Notes under the pieces: model-generated
Told to the model about the DNA's origin: nothing
Database searches by the model: none
The model's input: only the letters and a program-made list of their open reading frames with translations
Part shown: one piece after another, positions 15,466 through 29,083 of the stretch
How positions within the stretch are numbered: position 1 is the first letter of the stretch
Layout: each line of letters begins with the position of its first letter
Source of the DNA: Schmidtea polychroa
Lineage: Eukaryota
DNA length: 64,000 nt
Assembly (NCBI GenBank): GCA_044892525.1
Contig: CM097885.1
Coordinates: forward strand, 50,222,001 to 50,286,000
Reading direction: 5' to 3'
Made by a program: the position numbers and the translations under genes

Positions 15466-17262
15466 TAGGATTCTCATTCGTTAGAATATTAATATCTGTT
15501 TGCAACTCACTAAATAATTCCATAAATTTGATTAAAAAAATTATACACTCTAAAAACTTGTCTTTCCTTTTGTTTCTTATTTAATCAAATTTCAATTTTT
15601 CTTTTAAAATATTTTTCGATAAAAATATTTTTAAAATTTAAGAAAATTTCTAATTAAAACTTTTATAATCTTCCTCATATCCACCTTCGTAAGAAATTTT
15701 TTAAGTTTTTGCACGTTTCTTTCAATCTTTCTACCATTCTCGTTTCTTAAGATGTATCGTCTGTCATGTACTTTCTCGATCACTTTATATGCTCCCTCAT
15801 ATCTGTCCTGGCTTTTGTTGCGTGCTTCTAATTTTACTAACACATCTTCTCCTAATTTGAATTTCCTCCTTGTTTGTTCTTCTTGTTCTTCCTTTACTTG
15901 TTTTTCTTTTGACCCGTACCATTTTCCCTGTTAATCTTTTTTCCAAGCACTATCTCTGCCGAGATTTTTCCAGTCGTTTTGGTTGCATTTAATGTAAATT
16001 CGACTTGTGGTAGTATCTCTGCCCAATCCGTCTTCCTTCTGTTCCGTAAAGTAGAATTTATCAACTCTCGTATTGTCCTGAATTGCCTTTCTATCTGTCC
16101 ATTTGTTTGGTGATGGTATGGACTCGAAAAACATAACTTAATATCAAGTTTCTTTGTGAATTCTCTCAACATTCCTGATTCAAACGCCTTCCCACAATAA
16201 ACTCTTATCTCCTCTGGGCATCCAAATCTTAAAATCCATTTTTCTAAAATAATTTTCTTTATTGTTTCTTCGTCTTGTCTTGTTATAGCTGTCAAGACTT
16301 GATATTTACTATACTGGTCCATTATACCCAATATATACTTCTTACGTCATTTTGTTTCTTGCATTGGTCGACATATATCCACGAATATTATTGCGAACAT
16401 TTCGGTTGATTCTAGTTTTTTTACTGGTTCCTTCGTTGTAATTGTTATAGCCTTGGTTTTTTGACAAGTCTCACAACTTCGAATAGTTTCCTGAATCTGA
16501 CTCCACAGGGTTTCCACAATATATATATCTTTCATATAATCAGCTATCTTTTCGACTCCAGCATGATATAATAGTCTATGTATTTCCTTTGTGGTTTTTT
16601 GTACCTCGTTTTCTGGTATCATCGCTTTCTTTCGTAATTCTTCTTCCAAATTTCCTTGTTGATTGGTGCTTCTACCTTCTTCTCTGATCGAGTCTAGTAA
16701 TCTAGTTTTTATCTTTCCTCTCTTAGCTTCTTCGTGGGCCATTTGACATTGAACACACGTTTCACATTTAGTTCTGGACATCATGTCTGCATTTTGGTGA
16801 TTAACACACTTTCTATATTCAACGATAAATCTAAACTGCTCAAATAATTTATCCATGTTTGGAAATGTGAAGTAATTGGCTTTTTTGTTGTCATCATAAA
16901 CGTGACGCCTTGTGGTCTGTCCTTAGCGTGAATCTCCTTCCATAGAGATAGTGCTTAAAATGAATACAAAAATAGTATACCGCCAATAGTTCCTTCTTTG
17001 TAATGCAATATCCTTTTTCATGGCTCGTCATCGAGTGTGATCCATACGCAATTACTCTCTCATTTCCATCTTTATCTCTTTGTGAAAGCACTACTCCAAT
17101 GGTATCAAAACTGGCATCAGTATCTAAAATGAACTCCTTTCTCAGATCCGGAAAGCATAGGATCGGTGCCGTTGTGAGTGCTAACTTCAAGCATAGTATC
17201 CTTTATCTCTTTATTTTTTCGATTTCTAATTAAAACTTTTAGAATCTTCCAGCTTCCTCATA
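15466..17262 (-). mobile_element. Internally deleted Gypsy element (RH-IN, 3' LTR, stub of 5' LTR)
   Basis: RNase H (LDTDAS, RTDHKA) and integrase ORFs. PPT-like GAAGGTGGA precedes LTR 15466-15679; about 40 bp of the same LTR start recur at 17222-17262. ATTAT flanks both ends. Confidence 0.85.
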
Positions 17263-18020
17263 ATTATTATTAATATGAATATTTTTATTATTTTTATTAT
17301 TAAACCTGAGATATATTTGAATGAAGTTATTCACCGTGAACCAAATATTAATGTTATCATATAACCCTCAAACACTTAACAAAATAATCTTCAATCAACT
17401 TGCCAATATCAACTAATAACCCATCTTCTAATATCCAAACAAATCATCAAATCCAACAATCTACAAGTCAATATCAACAACGATCTCAAGCAAATAGTCA
17501 ACATCCTCAATTAAACACCCAATCCAACAATAGATATCAAACTTCATTGAACAACCATTCCCGAACAAATCAATGTCAACAACATCCGCAAACTAAAAGT
17601 CAATTCCAGATTCAACCTCGGAAAGTAATCCAACCAATGCAGAAATACACTTGTTTTATAAATAAGCTAGGAAAAACTTCTATAAAAATTTACAAAACAA
17701 AATATGCACAGATGTAACACCCATTATGATACGTAGTTTTCCAAACCAAGTCTATACCGAACGAGACGAAAACAGACATTAGATGAAATAATTTATCCAT
17801 TAGATATATATTCTGAAAACTAACCCATCATGCATAACAACTCGAAAGCCATCACCCATCCTGAATCCATCAGTCTCAACCCAACACAAACCTAACAACA
17901 TCACTCTATCTCTATCATTAATTTCTCAGCTCTTCCGATGACCATAGACAATAATTGATTTTGATCTTGACAGTATAAATCTAATTGAGTGACAACATTA
18001 TTGTGATCGTATGTATACAT

Positions 18021-18109
18021 CAGGGGTGGGCAAGTGCGGCTCTTTGATGAGCTATGTGGCTCCCTAACGTGTATTTGGCTCTAAGGGACTTCATGCGTGC
18101 CCACTCCTG
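18021..18109. mobile_element. 89-bp hAT mini-MITE
   Basis: TIR CAGGGGTGGGCA / TGCCCACTCCTG; perfect 8-bp TSD GTATACAT (18013-18020, 18110-18117). Confidence 0.92.
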
Positions 18110-18473
18110 GTATACATAATAACTATATTTTAATCATCGTTGTCATAAAATCTTGTTCTAAATATCAATTAGTTACTGTTTCGGTGAAATTGATAGCAAT
18201 AAAAAAATCAATTGAGCATTTATTTGCATATTTTGTCAGTAGAGTACTTAAAAGTATTTGAATTATTCTTGGGCAAACATGTGGTACTATTAAAGCACTT
18301 AAGGGAAATTTTGAATACTCTTAGATTATTGTAGATTATTGAAGATTATTGAATATTAAACATTGATCAAACTTTGAATAAATACAGAAACAAAAATCAA
18401 AATCACCACCACAAAATATTTTCTAAAATCTCGCGATCAGAAAATTGGATACCTTAAGGCAAGTTCAGTCTGT

Positions 18474-18560
18474 CACGAACTCACCCAATCACAGCACGAA
18501 CACACCCAATCACAGCACGAACATACCCAATCACAGCACGAACACACCCAATCACGGCAC
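18474..18560 (+). repeat. 21-bp minisatellite, 4 copies (CACGAACACACCCAATCACAG)
   Basis: Direct tandem units without spacers. Confidence 0.9.
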
Positions 18561-18719
18561 GCACTTACATATAATACCAAGTAAAGACATTTTTATCAAA
18601 AAAAAGAATCACGAAAAAAGAATTGTAAAAAATTAATTTTATTTAAATATATCTTGACAAAATAAAGTCTTAACTTATTTGATTTTATATATATGAATCA
18701 CTCCAGTAAGTAGGAGTTT

Positions 18720-19980
18720 TGAATAATTATATCCGAGACCTCAACAGTCACATGGATCAACTTACGCTGGTCATTCACTATGTCATCCCTAATGGAAACT
18801 TTGTGAAGCAATTTCTCTAGTTTATTCCAATTGAACACCGCAATGGAAATATTTGTTTGATGTTGTAGTAAATATTCTTAAACTTCATGGTACCGATATT
18901 ACAAATTGCCGGTATCAACCATATGATAATGCCAGAAACATGAGTGAAATTTCTTCTGGTGTACAAGCAGGATTTAGAGAGATCCACATCTTACCAGAGT
19001 TGATACCATGCGCTGCTCACAGCTTAAATCTGATTGGTTCATCTGCGGTGGGATGTTGTTCAGCAGCAGTTAACTACTAAATCAGCCAATGTATACATTC
19101 TTTTCGGCTTCACCGCAGAGACGGTCAAAATTTAAAGAACAAATTAAAAATGAAGCAAAATATTTGTTCTACAAAGTCTGTACGAAACAAGATGGTCAGC
19201 ACATAGTGATGCTACAAAAGCTTTTTATGCAAACTATTTGGAGATCTACCTAGCATTGTCTGATATTAATGAAAACGAATATCAACCACTAGAAGCTGTC
19301 CACAAAGCAGAATCGGCAAAAAAAAATTTAGACCATTATGAGCCGGCACTAATGTGTGTGATTTGAAAAGATTTACTTCCACAAATTGATATGGTCAATA
19401 AAACACTGCAGCAGTCTGGGATAGAGTTGTGCACTATTATCAAATTGTATGACAGCCTCACAAAACACTCTTGTGATACACTTTTTGTGATATTTGAAGT
19501 GTTTGAGAGTATAGTGAAAGATCTTACAAAGTCCGATTACAAAGAATGTGCAAAGTTTAAACGAAAAATATTTCATTTGATGAAATAGTTTTTAAAGCAA
19601 ATGAATTAATTAGGGTCTATTCATTAGATCTGGAAGAGGCATTCGTTGTTGAATTTCTTTTGTTTTTCCGAATTTTCGCCGACATAAAATCTGTTTCGGA
19701 AATGATGAAAGCCCAAATAAAAAACAAGTTGGTCACAAGTTTTCCAAATGTAAATATTGCTTTTCGAATTTATCTTTCAATTTTTGGATCAAGTTGTGAA
19801 GGTGAACGATCCTTTTAAAAACTGAAACTAATTAAAAACTATCTGCGTCCAACGATGGGACAAGAACGATTGTCTTCTCTTGCAGTTCTTTCAACTGAAA
19901 GCGATGTAATGCTGGAAATGTCATTTGAAGATGTTATTTGGGATTTTATTCTCATGCGAAGAGCCGCAAAGTTCATATAA
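18720..19980 (+). mobile_element. hAT transposase relic (ZMYM1/Tip-like)
   Basis: DQLTLVIHYV, YDNARNM, CAAHSLNL, ETRWSA and C-terminal SCEGERSF..LKLIKNYLR..MGQERLSSL dimerisation motif; stops and frameshifts. Confidence 0.85.
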
Positions 19981-21249
19981 TTTAGCCTACTATGTAAACT
20001 GCAACCCAACTTAACTAGAAGAGATTAATTTTGAATTTTGAATTTTAATTTTGGTTTATTGTTTATGTATTTTGTTTATTTTAATAATCAATCAATAACA
20101 TTACAACAAAATGATAAAAAAAATAAAAAATGTAAAAAATGTAATTTAATTTTGTTCGTAGCCAAACCTAATAAGGATAATGCCGATTGTATAATGGCAG
20201 CAATAAACCGTTCTTCTTGTTTATATATGATTTTTCTCATTGATTTCAGATTTTTTGTATTTATAAGTGATTACAATGATTCTTTGTGTTTTTTCAAAAC
20301 AAACTTTTTAGATTTACTAATTTTAATCTTGCCTTTAACAACTATAACTAAAATATCAAGTAAAGCATCAATAACAAAATATGGGTATGATTGTAAAATA
20401 TTCATTCTTTTATGTTCGAGTCTTTAACAATTCAGTAAAAAATAGAAAACTTCGTTGCATTTTCGCAGCTTTGACATGTTTCAAATGGATTTCGGTTTTG
20501 AATATTAAGAAATAAGATTCATTACTAAAGGTTTAGGTAATAAGTTTTTCTCAGAATTTCAAATGGTAAAGATAAACAAAAAACAGGAAACAATAAAGAA
20601 AATAAGGAATAACCAATGAATAATATAGATCAATTGCACCCCGTTCAGTTATTCCACAACTATAATATGCATTTTTATGAATAATCAAATGGAGGTCAAG
20701 TTCAATAATCTAGCAAATCTTCATAAAACTCCATATTCACACCTAATGGCTACTCCTTCGAATATGAAAGTTGATGGCCTAAAAATATGTTTCACAAAAT
20801 CAATACGAATGTTCATTTGACTTACAACATATTTTAATGATCATCATACGCGCTTTTATGACAATTTTAAAGAAAATATTAGTTGGTATTTAACAGTAAA
20901 AAGTGGACTATAACAATATTTTTTTCTTTAATATGGCAAATATACAGAGCTAGAATTGCAAATCGATATAAGGTTTTTACTATTTTATATTTGTTACAAA
21001 TAAATGTATTGTTTTTAATAATCATTTTTCAATATTTTATCTTTATAAAAGTTTTTAAAGTATTATAATATATACAGTAAATATTTCTAAATTATTTAGT
21101 ACAAATATTGACACACAAAGAAAACTTTTTTAAATTTAAATTCAAAATGGCGCTTGTACACTTTGTCAGCATCTTATTTTCCCGAACATCGGGTGTTAAA
21201 TTACAAGTAAATTCACTCTTTTAATAAAATATATTTTTATTACACATAA

Positions 21250-21526
21250 TATTTGGGGGCAATTTCGATTTCCAGGGGGGCAATTTCAATTTTAGGGAAT
21301 ATATGTTAATTTTAGGTTTGAGTTACGTTTTCTTTATTTTCTTCAGTAACCATCAGAGTCAATTGTCTCATTGAATAAAAAAATTAATCTTTATCTATTA
21401 ATTACGTATATCAATAAAAATAGTTGGAAATTTTTTAAAAACTGTAAAATGTTTTGCATAGGGGGGACAAAAGAAAAAAAAATTCAGCTAGGGGGGACAT
21501 GAGCTAAAAAAGGTTGGGAAACACTG
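21250..21526. mobile_element. Orphan right end of a hAT (Buster-like) element
   Basis: AAAAAGGTTGGGAAACACTG terminus preceded by GGGGGCAA/GGGGGGACA subterminal repeats; partner end not found. Confidence 0.6.
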
Positions 21527-21569
21527 ATCCAAACAATTTTTCTTGACATGATCTTTTCATAAATACAAA

Positions 21570-22548
21570 TGTTGAGGATACCTAAAGAACAATTTATAAA
21601 GAAATAAATAAAATTACCTGGGGGGAAGATCGCCATGACAAACGGGACGATCTATTGGAACTCAGAAAAGAAAACGGAAGTAAAAATAAATTAAAAATGA
21701 GAAAGATAAAGGAAATAAAAGGAATCAAACAGGAAAATAAAAACCAATTAATTAGTACAAAAAGGAAAAGGAATTTTGAAATCGGGGAAAAAGGAAAACA
21801 ACAATATCCTAATCTCGACAGCTTGCCAGTGATAATAGAATTAATTGGAGAAGGTGGTAAAACAAAAAAGGTAAAACAACTAGACAGCTGTCAGAGATAA
21901 AAATGGGATAGTCGGGGAAAGCAGGAGAAGGAAAATGAAAAAACACTTGATTATCTAGAGTGCCACAAGAGTAGCAAACTATATAAGGGAAAACTGGTGG
22001 ACATGAAATTAGAACGAAATTAGAGACAAAGTGAGGCGAAATTGAGACAATTTGGAAGACGATTTGAGAAACGATTTGAGAGATAAAATTATTGGAGAAA
22101 ATTAGACAACGTTGGACCAAACGTTGTTTGACAAACGATTGTGAAAAATAATTGTAAAGAAAATAATTGTGGAGAATAATTATTGGAGAAGAGTTGAAGA
22201 AAAGAATTAGTTGAAAAATAAAACGAAAAGAAGTTATTTGATTATTTGAATAAAGTTGTGAATAAAGTCAAAGAAAACAACCAGCTCAAAGTCCCAGTTG
22301 ATAAATCAATCGGTAATTTGTGATCTTTTAATCCAGTGTCATACACAAGTGCTATTCCTCACCGAGTGTTGTAATAAGCATTGTATAGTCACCAAGCAGA
22401 GTGTTGAATTTATTGTCAGTGTCAAGTGAAAGTTTATTTGTGATTATCAATAAAGATTTCTGTTGTCAAGTGTTATTTGTGAATCGTATAAAGACACGCT
22501 TGGAGTCAGAGTAACATTTAAAATTATCACCAACTCAATAACCCAACA
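21570..22548 (+). mobile_element. Solo LTR
   Basis: TGTTGAGG...ACCCAACA; flanks CAAA/CATA (4-bp TSD, 1 mismatch); its 3' part closely matches the LTR upstream of the PBS at 62563. Confidence 0.9.
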
Positions 22549-22889
22549 CATACATTCAACATACGATTTTTAATTACTGTACTTTTTTATTGTGAATTAT
22601 TTTTTAAATTAATTTTAGTTATATTTTAATAAACTTATATATTTAATAAAACTTTATTAAACCTTTTATTGTAATTTTTAATTTAATTTTAACTATTCTA
22701 AGTATTAAAAGTTTTACATGATAATTATTTTTACTTTAAAAGAATTGTTTACTTTACAAAATACTTTTTTCATTATAATTAATTTATATAAATCTTTAGA
22801 GTATTTTTAAACATCTCACACACTTTATTGCCTCCTAATTGCTTTTTAATTAAATAATTATAAATCAATTAGTTAGATATCTTTTTGTT

Positions 22890-23856
22890 TAAATAATTTG
22901 GAATTAGCGGTTTTGTGAAAAAATTAAAACTTGTTATTTATAACCTTTAATCAGGCTCCAAAGCGTGTTTATTAATTCGCAATTCAACACTCTCGAACAC
23001 AATAAGCTTTATTAATATCCACACGTAATAGTACAAATTTCAATTACAACTAGTTAACTATAAACCAATTTATCACACAGAGCTTATTTCGACACTACGT
23101 GAAGAATAGCCCTTTCTGTAACCACAACAATAATCACTAGCCGTCAACTACTCAATTACAGAATATGTTGATCGATTGTTCTATTTGCTTTGACCACACA
23201 TTTTATTTACTCCACTTTTACTTTATATTCAATTTTATAAAAGATTCTTGTCACTTCTCTTTTCACTCTGTTTTGATTCATCTTTTTACTCTGTCGTCTC
23301 TAATTTTACTCTACTTTTTGTCTCTAATTTTGTTTCGTTTTGCTCTCAACTTCGTTCTGTTTTCGTTCTACTTTTCGTTCTAAATTTGTTCTAAATTTTT
23401 TCTCAATCTGTTCTGATTTCTCGTCCACCAGTTTCCTTTATATAGTTATTTGGTTTGTGGCACTGGCGACAGATTCTGTTTATTATTTTCCTTTTCCTCT
23501 ACATCAGCCTTATCTCTGACAGATGTCAAGATATTTTCACATTTTCCTTTTCTGTTAAGCCGCCTTCTCCCGACAATTTCGCTATCTTTGACAAGCTGTC
23601 AAGATACGGCTTTTTCCCTTATTTTGTTTTTCTGGAATTTGAAATTCCACCTTCATTTGTACTTCTTAATTAACAATGACCTTTGTTTTAATTTCTTGTT
23701 TGTTTCCTTTTATTTGATTTATCTTTCTCTTTTTTAATTTCTTTTTACTTCTGTTTTCTTTTCTGAGTTCCCATAGATCCTCCAATTTGTCATGACGATA
23801 TTCCACAGGTAATTTATTTATTTATTATGTTATTTTTCATTTAGGTATCCTCAACA
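22890..23856 (-). mobile_element. LTR of a related family in inverted orientation (left end eroded)
   Basis: Reverse complement starts TGTTGAGGATACCTAAA like 21570; internal part matches 46966-47285. Confidence 0.8.
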
Positions 23857-24921
23857 AAAGGTTATTACAGTTTGTTTCTTACCATATAATAATCAAGATA
23901 GGAGCTGATTATAAGCGTCAGTTATGCGAATTTGATACCAAAGTGGTCCAATGTCTCGGGTGATAAATGGGTATAAAATTAAACATAAATAATTTGGGAT
24001 TCAATATGAAGATTTAATGAAAAGTAACCTTTTTAAAATAATGTTTAATTTTACACAATTGAATTCTGCAGTTTTCTAATATTATTTCAACACAACATCT
24101 CTCTTTTAACAAGAATCATTCTCAGTATCTCATTAGTTTTCTTATGACTCGATTTGGAATTGAATGCATTTCTAATTTTTTATTATTATCTGCGCTGTTA
24201 ATTAAAGCACCGACAGAAATTTCCATTTCTAGTCTTGAACCTAAATATCGTTTTACCTGTCTTGCATTTCATTTAATTATTTTCTCTTTATAATTCAGCT
24301 GCAGAATGTTGAATGCTATCGTATCAATTACTGTGCACTAACCTTTATACCTTGGTTATAGTAATCCATTTCTTTTGGTTCTAAACATAACATTATCTCC
24401 TTTTTAAAACACATTTTTTTTGAGAATAATTTTCTTGCTTTCAAGGTTTTCATAAATACTTTCAATGATTAATTTTTTTTTATTTTAATTTAATTTGTAT
24501 TTTGACTCGTAACATTAATGACTTATTAATTGCTGATGAAACAATTTATTAAAATATTTGAAAATTACGTTTAGAAGTCACTTTTTAATTTTTACAATAG
24601 GATTTCATCCAATTGACAGTTTGCTTTGACAATTTGTATTGATGACAATATAATTTTGTGTATAAATGATAAAATTAATTAAAATGATTATAACATGATC
24701 ATATTTGATGATGGAAATTTTATTGATTTCATTATTGGATAAGTGTATATTACGTAAGAAATTCCGGTAACATATCATATATAAAAATTAATTAAATAAT
24801 TAAACCTAAAAAATAAATAATACTTTTATGAATCAGTCAAAAATATTTTTTTTAATTACTCTTTAAAAGACAATTTCGAACATACAAGCGTGAATTGTGT
24901 TTTGAATTTAAAATAGTTCAG

Positions 24922-25110
<189 letters not shown>

Positions 25111-25178
25111 TAAAATAGAGTTTAAAGCAAAATTAATTTTAATAAAATTGTAATAAATTAGTTATACAATTTTCAGTG

Positions 25179-27104
25179 TCACCACCCAATTGGAATATTA
25201 AGCTTGTTATTTGTGAATTTCAACCATTTGTATAACGGGTCAAAGAATCTCAATAAGGATTCTGATTTTATTTCTGTGGTGCCTGTTAGTATTTTCATTG
25301 TTTTTTTCCAATGCTGACTCTTTCCTTTCGAAAGCATTTCTATTAATTTTAGTCCAGCTTCTTTTGATTGATAAAAATCGCATCGGTGCAGGGCTCCCTT
25401 ATAACCGCTAATATTACACATAGATTCATAAAATTGAAACTGAATAAAGTAGCTAACAAAGTATCGAATATAAGTAATACCAAAGGCTATGTGATATTTT
25501 GCACCAGGATCAAAATCGTCTTCTGTTCTTTTAACTGGTGGCATTAAACCTTGATATCTGTAGCGTAAATCCCACCAATGTTTATTCACTTCTGACAAAG
25601 GAACTGATCCATTATATAATCCCCATATATAACTATCCATTGTCAAAGCAAATGGTAAAAATGCGACTTTTTCTAAAGCTGTTGCCATTAGATAGTCAAT
25701 GTCAAAATCTTTCGAGTCTGGAACTTGAGATATTAAGCCAATTTTATGAAGATGTTCTGGTGTTTTCACTGCCAATGCGATGGTATCACCGATAGCTTCA
25801 TGGAAACCTGAATTTGCAGAACCTCGAAATATAATTGGCAAATGACTGTAGGCCATATAATATTCAATGTGACCCATCTCATGATGTATAGTTTTGAAAT
25901 CTCCTATATTTTTCTCTGTACACATCTTTATTCGAAAATCTACTCCATTTGATAAATCATGAGCTGACCCATGGCAGTTCACGACCTTATCCCGAGGCTT
26001 ACTCAACATACTTCTTTCCCAGAATTCATCAGTCATCTTAAACATTCCCATGGATTCATAGAATTCTTCAGCAATCGTAAACATTTGTTCAACAGGCATT
26101 TTGGATAGTTTTTCCGTAGCTTCATCTTGATAATTGGCAGCAGATAATTTTTCTCCACACTCACGAATTATGGGAAATATATTTGTCCACTGTTGTGCCC
26201 ACACATTTCCAAAAATATGAGCTGGAATCGGTCCTGATTTATCAAATTTCCCTGGGTAAAATTTAATTAGACAATATCTCACATAGCCATGTAATTCTTT
26301 ATAAAGTGGAAGAATATCGTCATAAAGTTTTAATACAGTACTTTTAAAATGATCATCTTCAAAATCAAACCTTAAACCAAAGGTTGCAGCATCTTCATGG
26401 CCGTTTTCTCTCGATCCGATATTTTCTAGTACCATTCTTCTAAGAAATAAATCTTTTATCTTTGCTCCCGTAACATTTCTCCATGCTGTCCAGTAGCCGA
26501 CCAATTTATCGTAATCTTTCTCTTCCTTGAATAATTTGACGATTCCCGATTCACCAACTTCCAAACATTTATTATAACAAGGTTTCGCATTATTGTAAGT
26601 AAAATAAATATCATTACTGATTTGATTGAGTTCCTGAATAATAGATTCATTTTCACTTCGAATAGCCATCGTTTGCAGGCGAAATTTCCTTCGAAGCTTT
26701 GGAGATTTAAACGATTTCCAGAGGAATTTTTTCGACTTTGTTTTCAATTTCAATCCGATTTTTGATCCTATTTTTTGGAATTTCTTTTTCAATTCTAGAT
26801 TCTTTTTGTTAATATCTGTCTCATATTTGAAATTCACGTTCGAACAACGATTTCTATTTCTAATGGATATTTCGTTGACTTTATCCAACCATGACTTTGC
26901 GCACTTCTCATCGGCATACTCATCGCATACATTCGGGAATTCCTCCAAGTCTGTCAAATGATAATAGCTGTCGAAAACCGGTGATTCAGGAGGCTCAGAT
27001 TCGTCGTCGAAATTTATTTCATCTTTTGTTTCCGAGAAAAATCTTTCTCCACTATGGACAAAATGAATTAATATAACAATCAAAATGGTTAACTTGAAAA
27101 CCAT
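25179..27104 (-). CDS. ACE: Angiotensin-converting enzyme-like peptidyl-dipeptidase (M2), secreted single domain, copy 1 (641 aa)
   Basis: Intact intronless ORF; signal-like MVFKLTILIVILIHFVHS; HEMGH, GFHEAIGD, FDPGAKYH, YIRYF; ends IGW with no TM anchor. Start set at the ATG shared with copy 3. Confidence 0.96.
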   Translation of the reverse strand: MVFKLTILIVILIHFVHSGERFFSETKDEINFDDESEPPESPVFDSYYHLTDLEEFPNVCDEYADEKCAKSWLDKVNEISIRNRNRCSNVNFKYETDINKKNLELKKKFQKIGSKIGLKLKTKSKKFLWKSFKSPKLRRKFRLQTMAIRSENESIIQELNQISNDIYFTYNNAKPCYNKCLEVGESGIVKLFKEEKDYDKLVGYWTAWRNVTGAKIKDLFLRRMVLENIGSRENGHEDAATFGLRFDFEDDHFKSTVLKLYDDILPLYKELHGYVRYCLIKFYPGKFDKSGPIPAHIFGNVWAQQWTNIFPIIRECGEKLSAANYQDEATEKLSKMPVEQMFTIAEEFYESMGMFKMTDEFWERSMLSKPRDKVVNCHGSAHDLSNGVDFRIKMCTEKNIGDFKTIHHEMGHIEYYMAYSHLPIIFRGSANSGFHEAIGDTIALAVKTPEHLHKIGLISQVPDSKDFDIDYLMATALEKVAFLPFALTMDSYIWGLYNGSVPLSEVNKHWWDLRYRYQGLMPPVKRTEDDFDPGAKYHIAFGITYIRYFVSYFIQFQFYESMCNISGYKGALHRCDFYQSKEAGLKLIEMLSKGKSQHWKKTMKILTGTTEIKSESLLRFFDPLYKWLKFTNNKLNIPIGW

Positions 27105-27964
27105 TTTTTGTTTTAAATGAGAGATATCAACTTGTCTCAAGGATGTATATATGGTAGGAGGAACAATCAGACAACAATCAGAGCTTACCACACATTTGAT
27201 CAGTCATTGTTATATTTGGTTATGAATAAATATATTTCTATCTCAATTTCAGCACAATTTAGCACACTTAAAATCAATGTTTTTCTACAATGGATTTTAA
27301 TTTTGCGTGCCTTTTTACAAATGAAAAAAAATCAATAAAATTTACGAAAAAATAATTCAATTCCCAAAAATTATTGTAATTTTTTTTTGACTATTTTTCA
27401 ATATTAAACTTATTTTATTTTTATTGCTGAAATTTCATCTTTTACATTTAATGATTTTATTAATAAAAATATTATTTCTATAGATGGAAATAGAATAATA
27501 AATTAAGAAACAGTGCAAATTTACAACTGGACAACTATTCCTTCATTACTAAATGAAATAAATGTCAAATTAAAATCAATTGATGAAAGTCATACATAAA
27601 AATATAATATAAGTCAGAGTTTTTCAACCTTTTTTGATGTACAAATCAAAATGTTGAACTTTGAACTCGCAATTCGCGAATTTGTATTGCACAAGTCCTT
27701 GTTTATTGCGAGCACGTATTAAATTGTTTTACACCAACCGGCAATTGATTATCATCGAATGGCCATTGATTTGCAAATTTAATAATATAAATATTAACTT
27801 ACCTATAATAAATGTGTGTGTCATAGCCAGAGGTGACAAACAATTAGCTTTGTGACATTAAATTGGCAATTACACTATAGAAAGATAGAAAAAATCGCTG
27901 TTGGAAGAAAAATAAATAGATACATACAAAAAAGGTTCACAAAATTTCTATAATAAAAAATACA

Positions 27965-28677
27965 CACTATAGGACATTGATTTATCATACGGACATTCAA
28001 TTAGCAAAAATTTTCAATTTAAAATTAATTAATTATAAAAGAATTTACGAGAATATGTCAGAAACTTCATCAGAATAGACTATTTCATTTCAAGAAATTC
28101 ATAGATGAATGCTCTTCAATACATGGACGAACAAGAGATTCGGTAGATCACGAGTAGGTAATAGAATTTATAACAATATGCCAACAAATCGAGGTCCCAA
28201 TATCCAAAGATGAGCTAATCCATTCACAATAATACATCTTCATTGACTATTCAAATTGAAAAGTTGCCATATAATTCATTTTTGAACCCCATCGAAAGTG
28301 TGTTTAGCAAAATTAAAAATGGGGTAAGGACTAAAGTTTCTTCGGCTGATGGATTTAGCAAACAGATTTACCTTCAATGATTGATTTACTGCAATATCCC
28401 AAGCAGTTAACGAGGAACCTCGAAATCCAGATCATAGTAATTTCAAAAATCATATTAATAATCATATTAAAGATTCTTCACTAAATGCTTGAAGAAATTG
28501 GATATTTTAGATGAACTATGAAAAATTTAATGTATATTTAAATAAATAAATAAATATCTTACTTCTTTATTCATTATTTTAACAAAAAAACTTAAAATAT
28601 AACTAAAATCCAAAACAAAGCTCAATTGACATTGCTAAATGAATGTCTCATTTATGATAATCAAATGCGCTTTGGTG
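27965..28677 (+). mobile_element. Tc1/IS630-like deleted element (second copy)
   Basis: Inverted match to 3424-4150; FIDECS and LPYNSFLNPIE; right end GCGCTTTGGTG|TA; degenerate left TIR near 27965. Confidence 0.78.
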
Positions 28678-29083
28678 TAGTAGCTATAATTGTATGAAAT
28701 TAACCAATCAGATTCATTAGATTACAAAGTTATTAATATAAATAGAACATTTCAATTATTTTTTTATAAAATGGCAACAACAAATTCCATAAAATAAATT
28801 TATTATATGGATTAATTTCCAATAATAAAAATGATGTTTTCAAAATATTCAAATAAAATGTAACAATAAAAAGTTGTTTTGATAAATTACAAAAATTAAA
28901 CTTGGAAACAATAAAAAGAGGTTGCAATAATTCACAATAAAAATCAACATTTTTATAGTCATTTTTGTATTATTTTAAAGATATATTAATAAAAGGTGAC
29001 TGCAGCTTCATCATTTATCAAATTCCGGATCATCATCATCCGTTTCGAATTTTTGATCATCTTCAATGGCATATACTCCTAAT

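Noticed and set aside
17400..17717. N/Q-rich 105-aa ORF
   Set aside because: Low complexity, non-ATG start, no recognisable domain
18474..18560. Regular repeats as a possible CRISPR array
   Set aside because: No unique spacers; eukaryotic context; plain minisatellite
22555..22820. AT-rich stretch ending CATCTCACA, possibly another TGTGA-type LTR
   Set aside because: No partner LTR, PPT or TSD
24250..24500. Possible Gypsy integrase C-terminal relic (PRYKG-like, minus strand)
   Set aside because: Too degraded to delimit
25538..25795. Antisense ORFs conserved in three ACE copies
   Set aside because: Conservation is explained by recent duplication of the sense gene
27105..27191. 29-aa N-terminal extension of ACE copies 1 and 2 in the ORF track
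   Set aside because: Non-ATG start, frame not kept in copy 3, and it would bury the signal peptide
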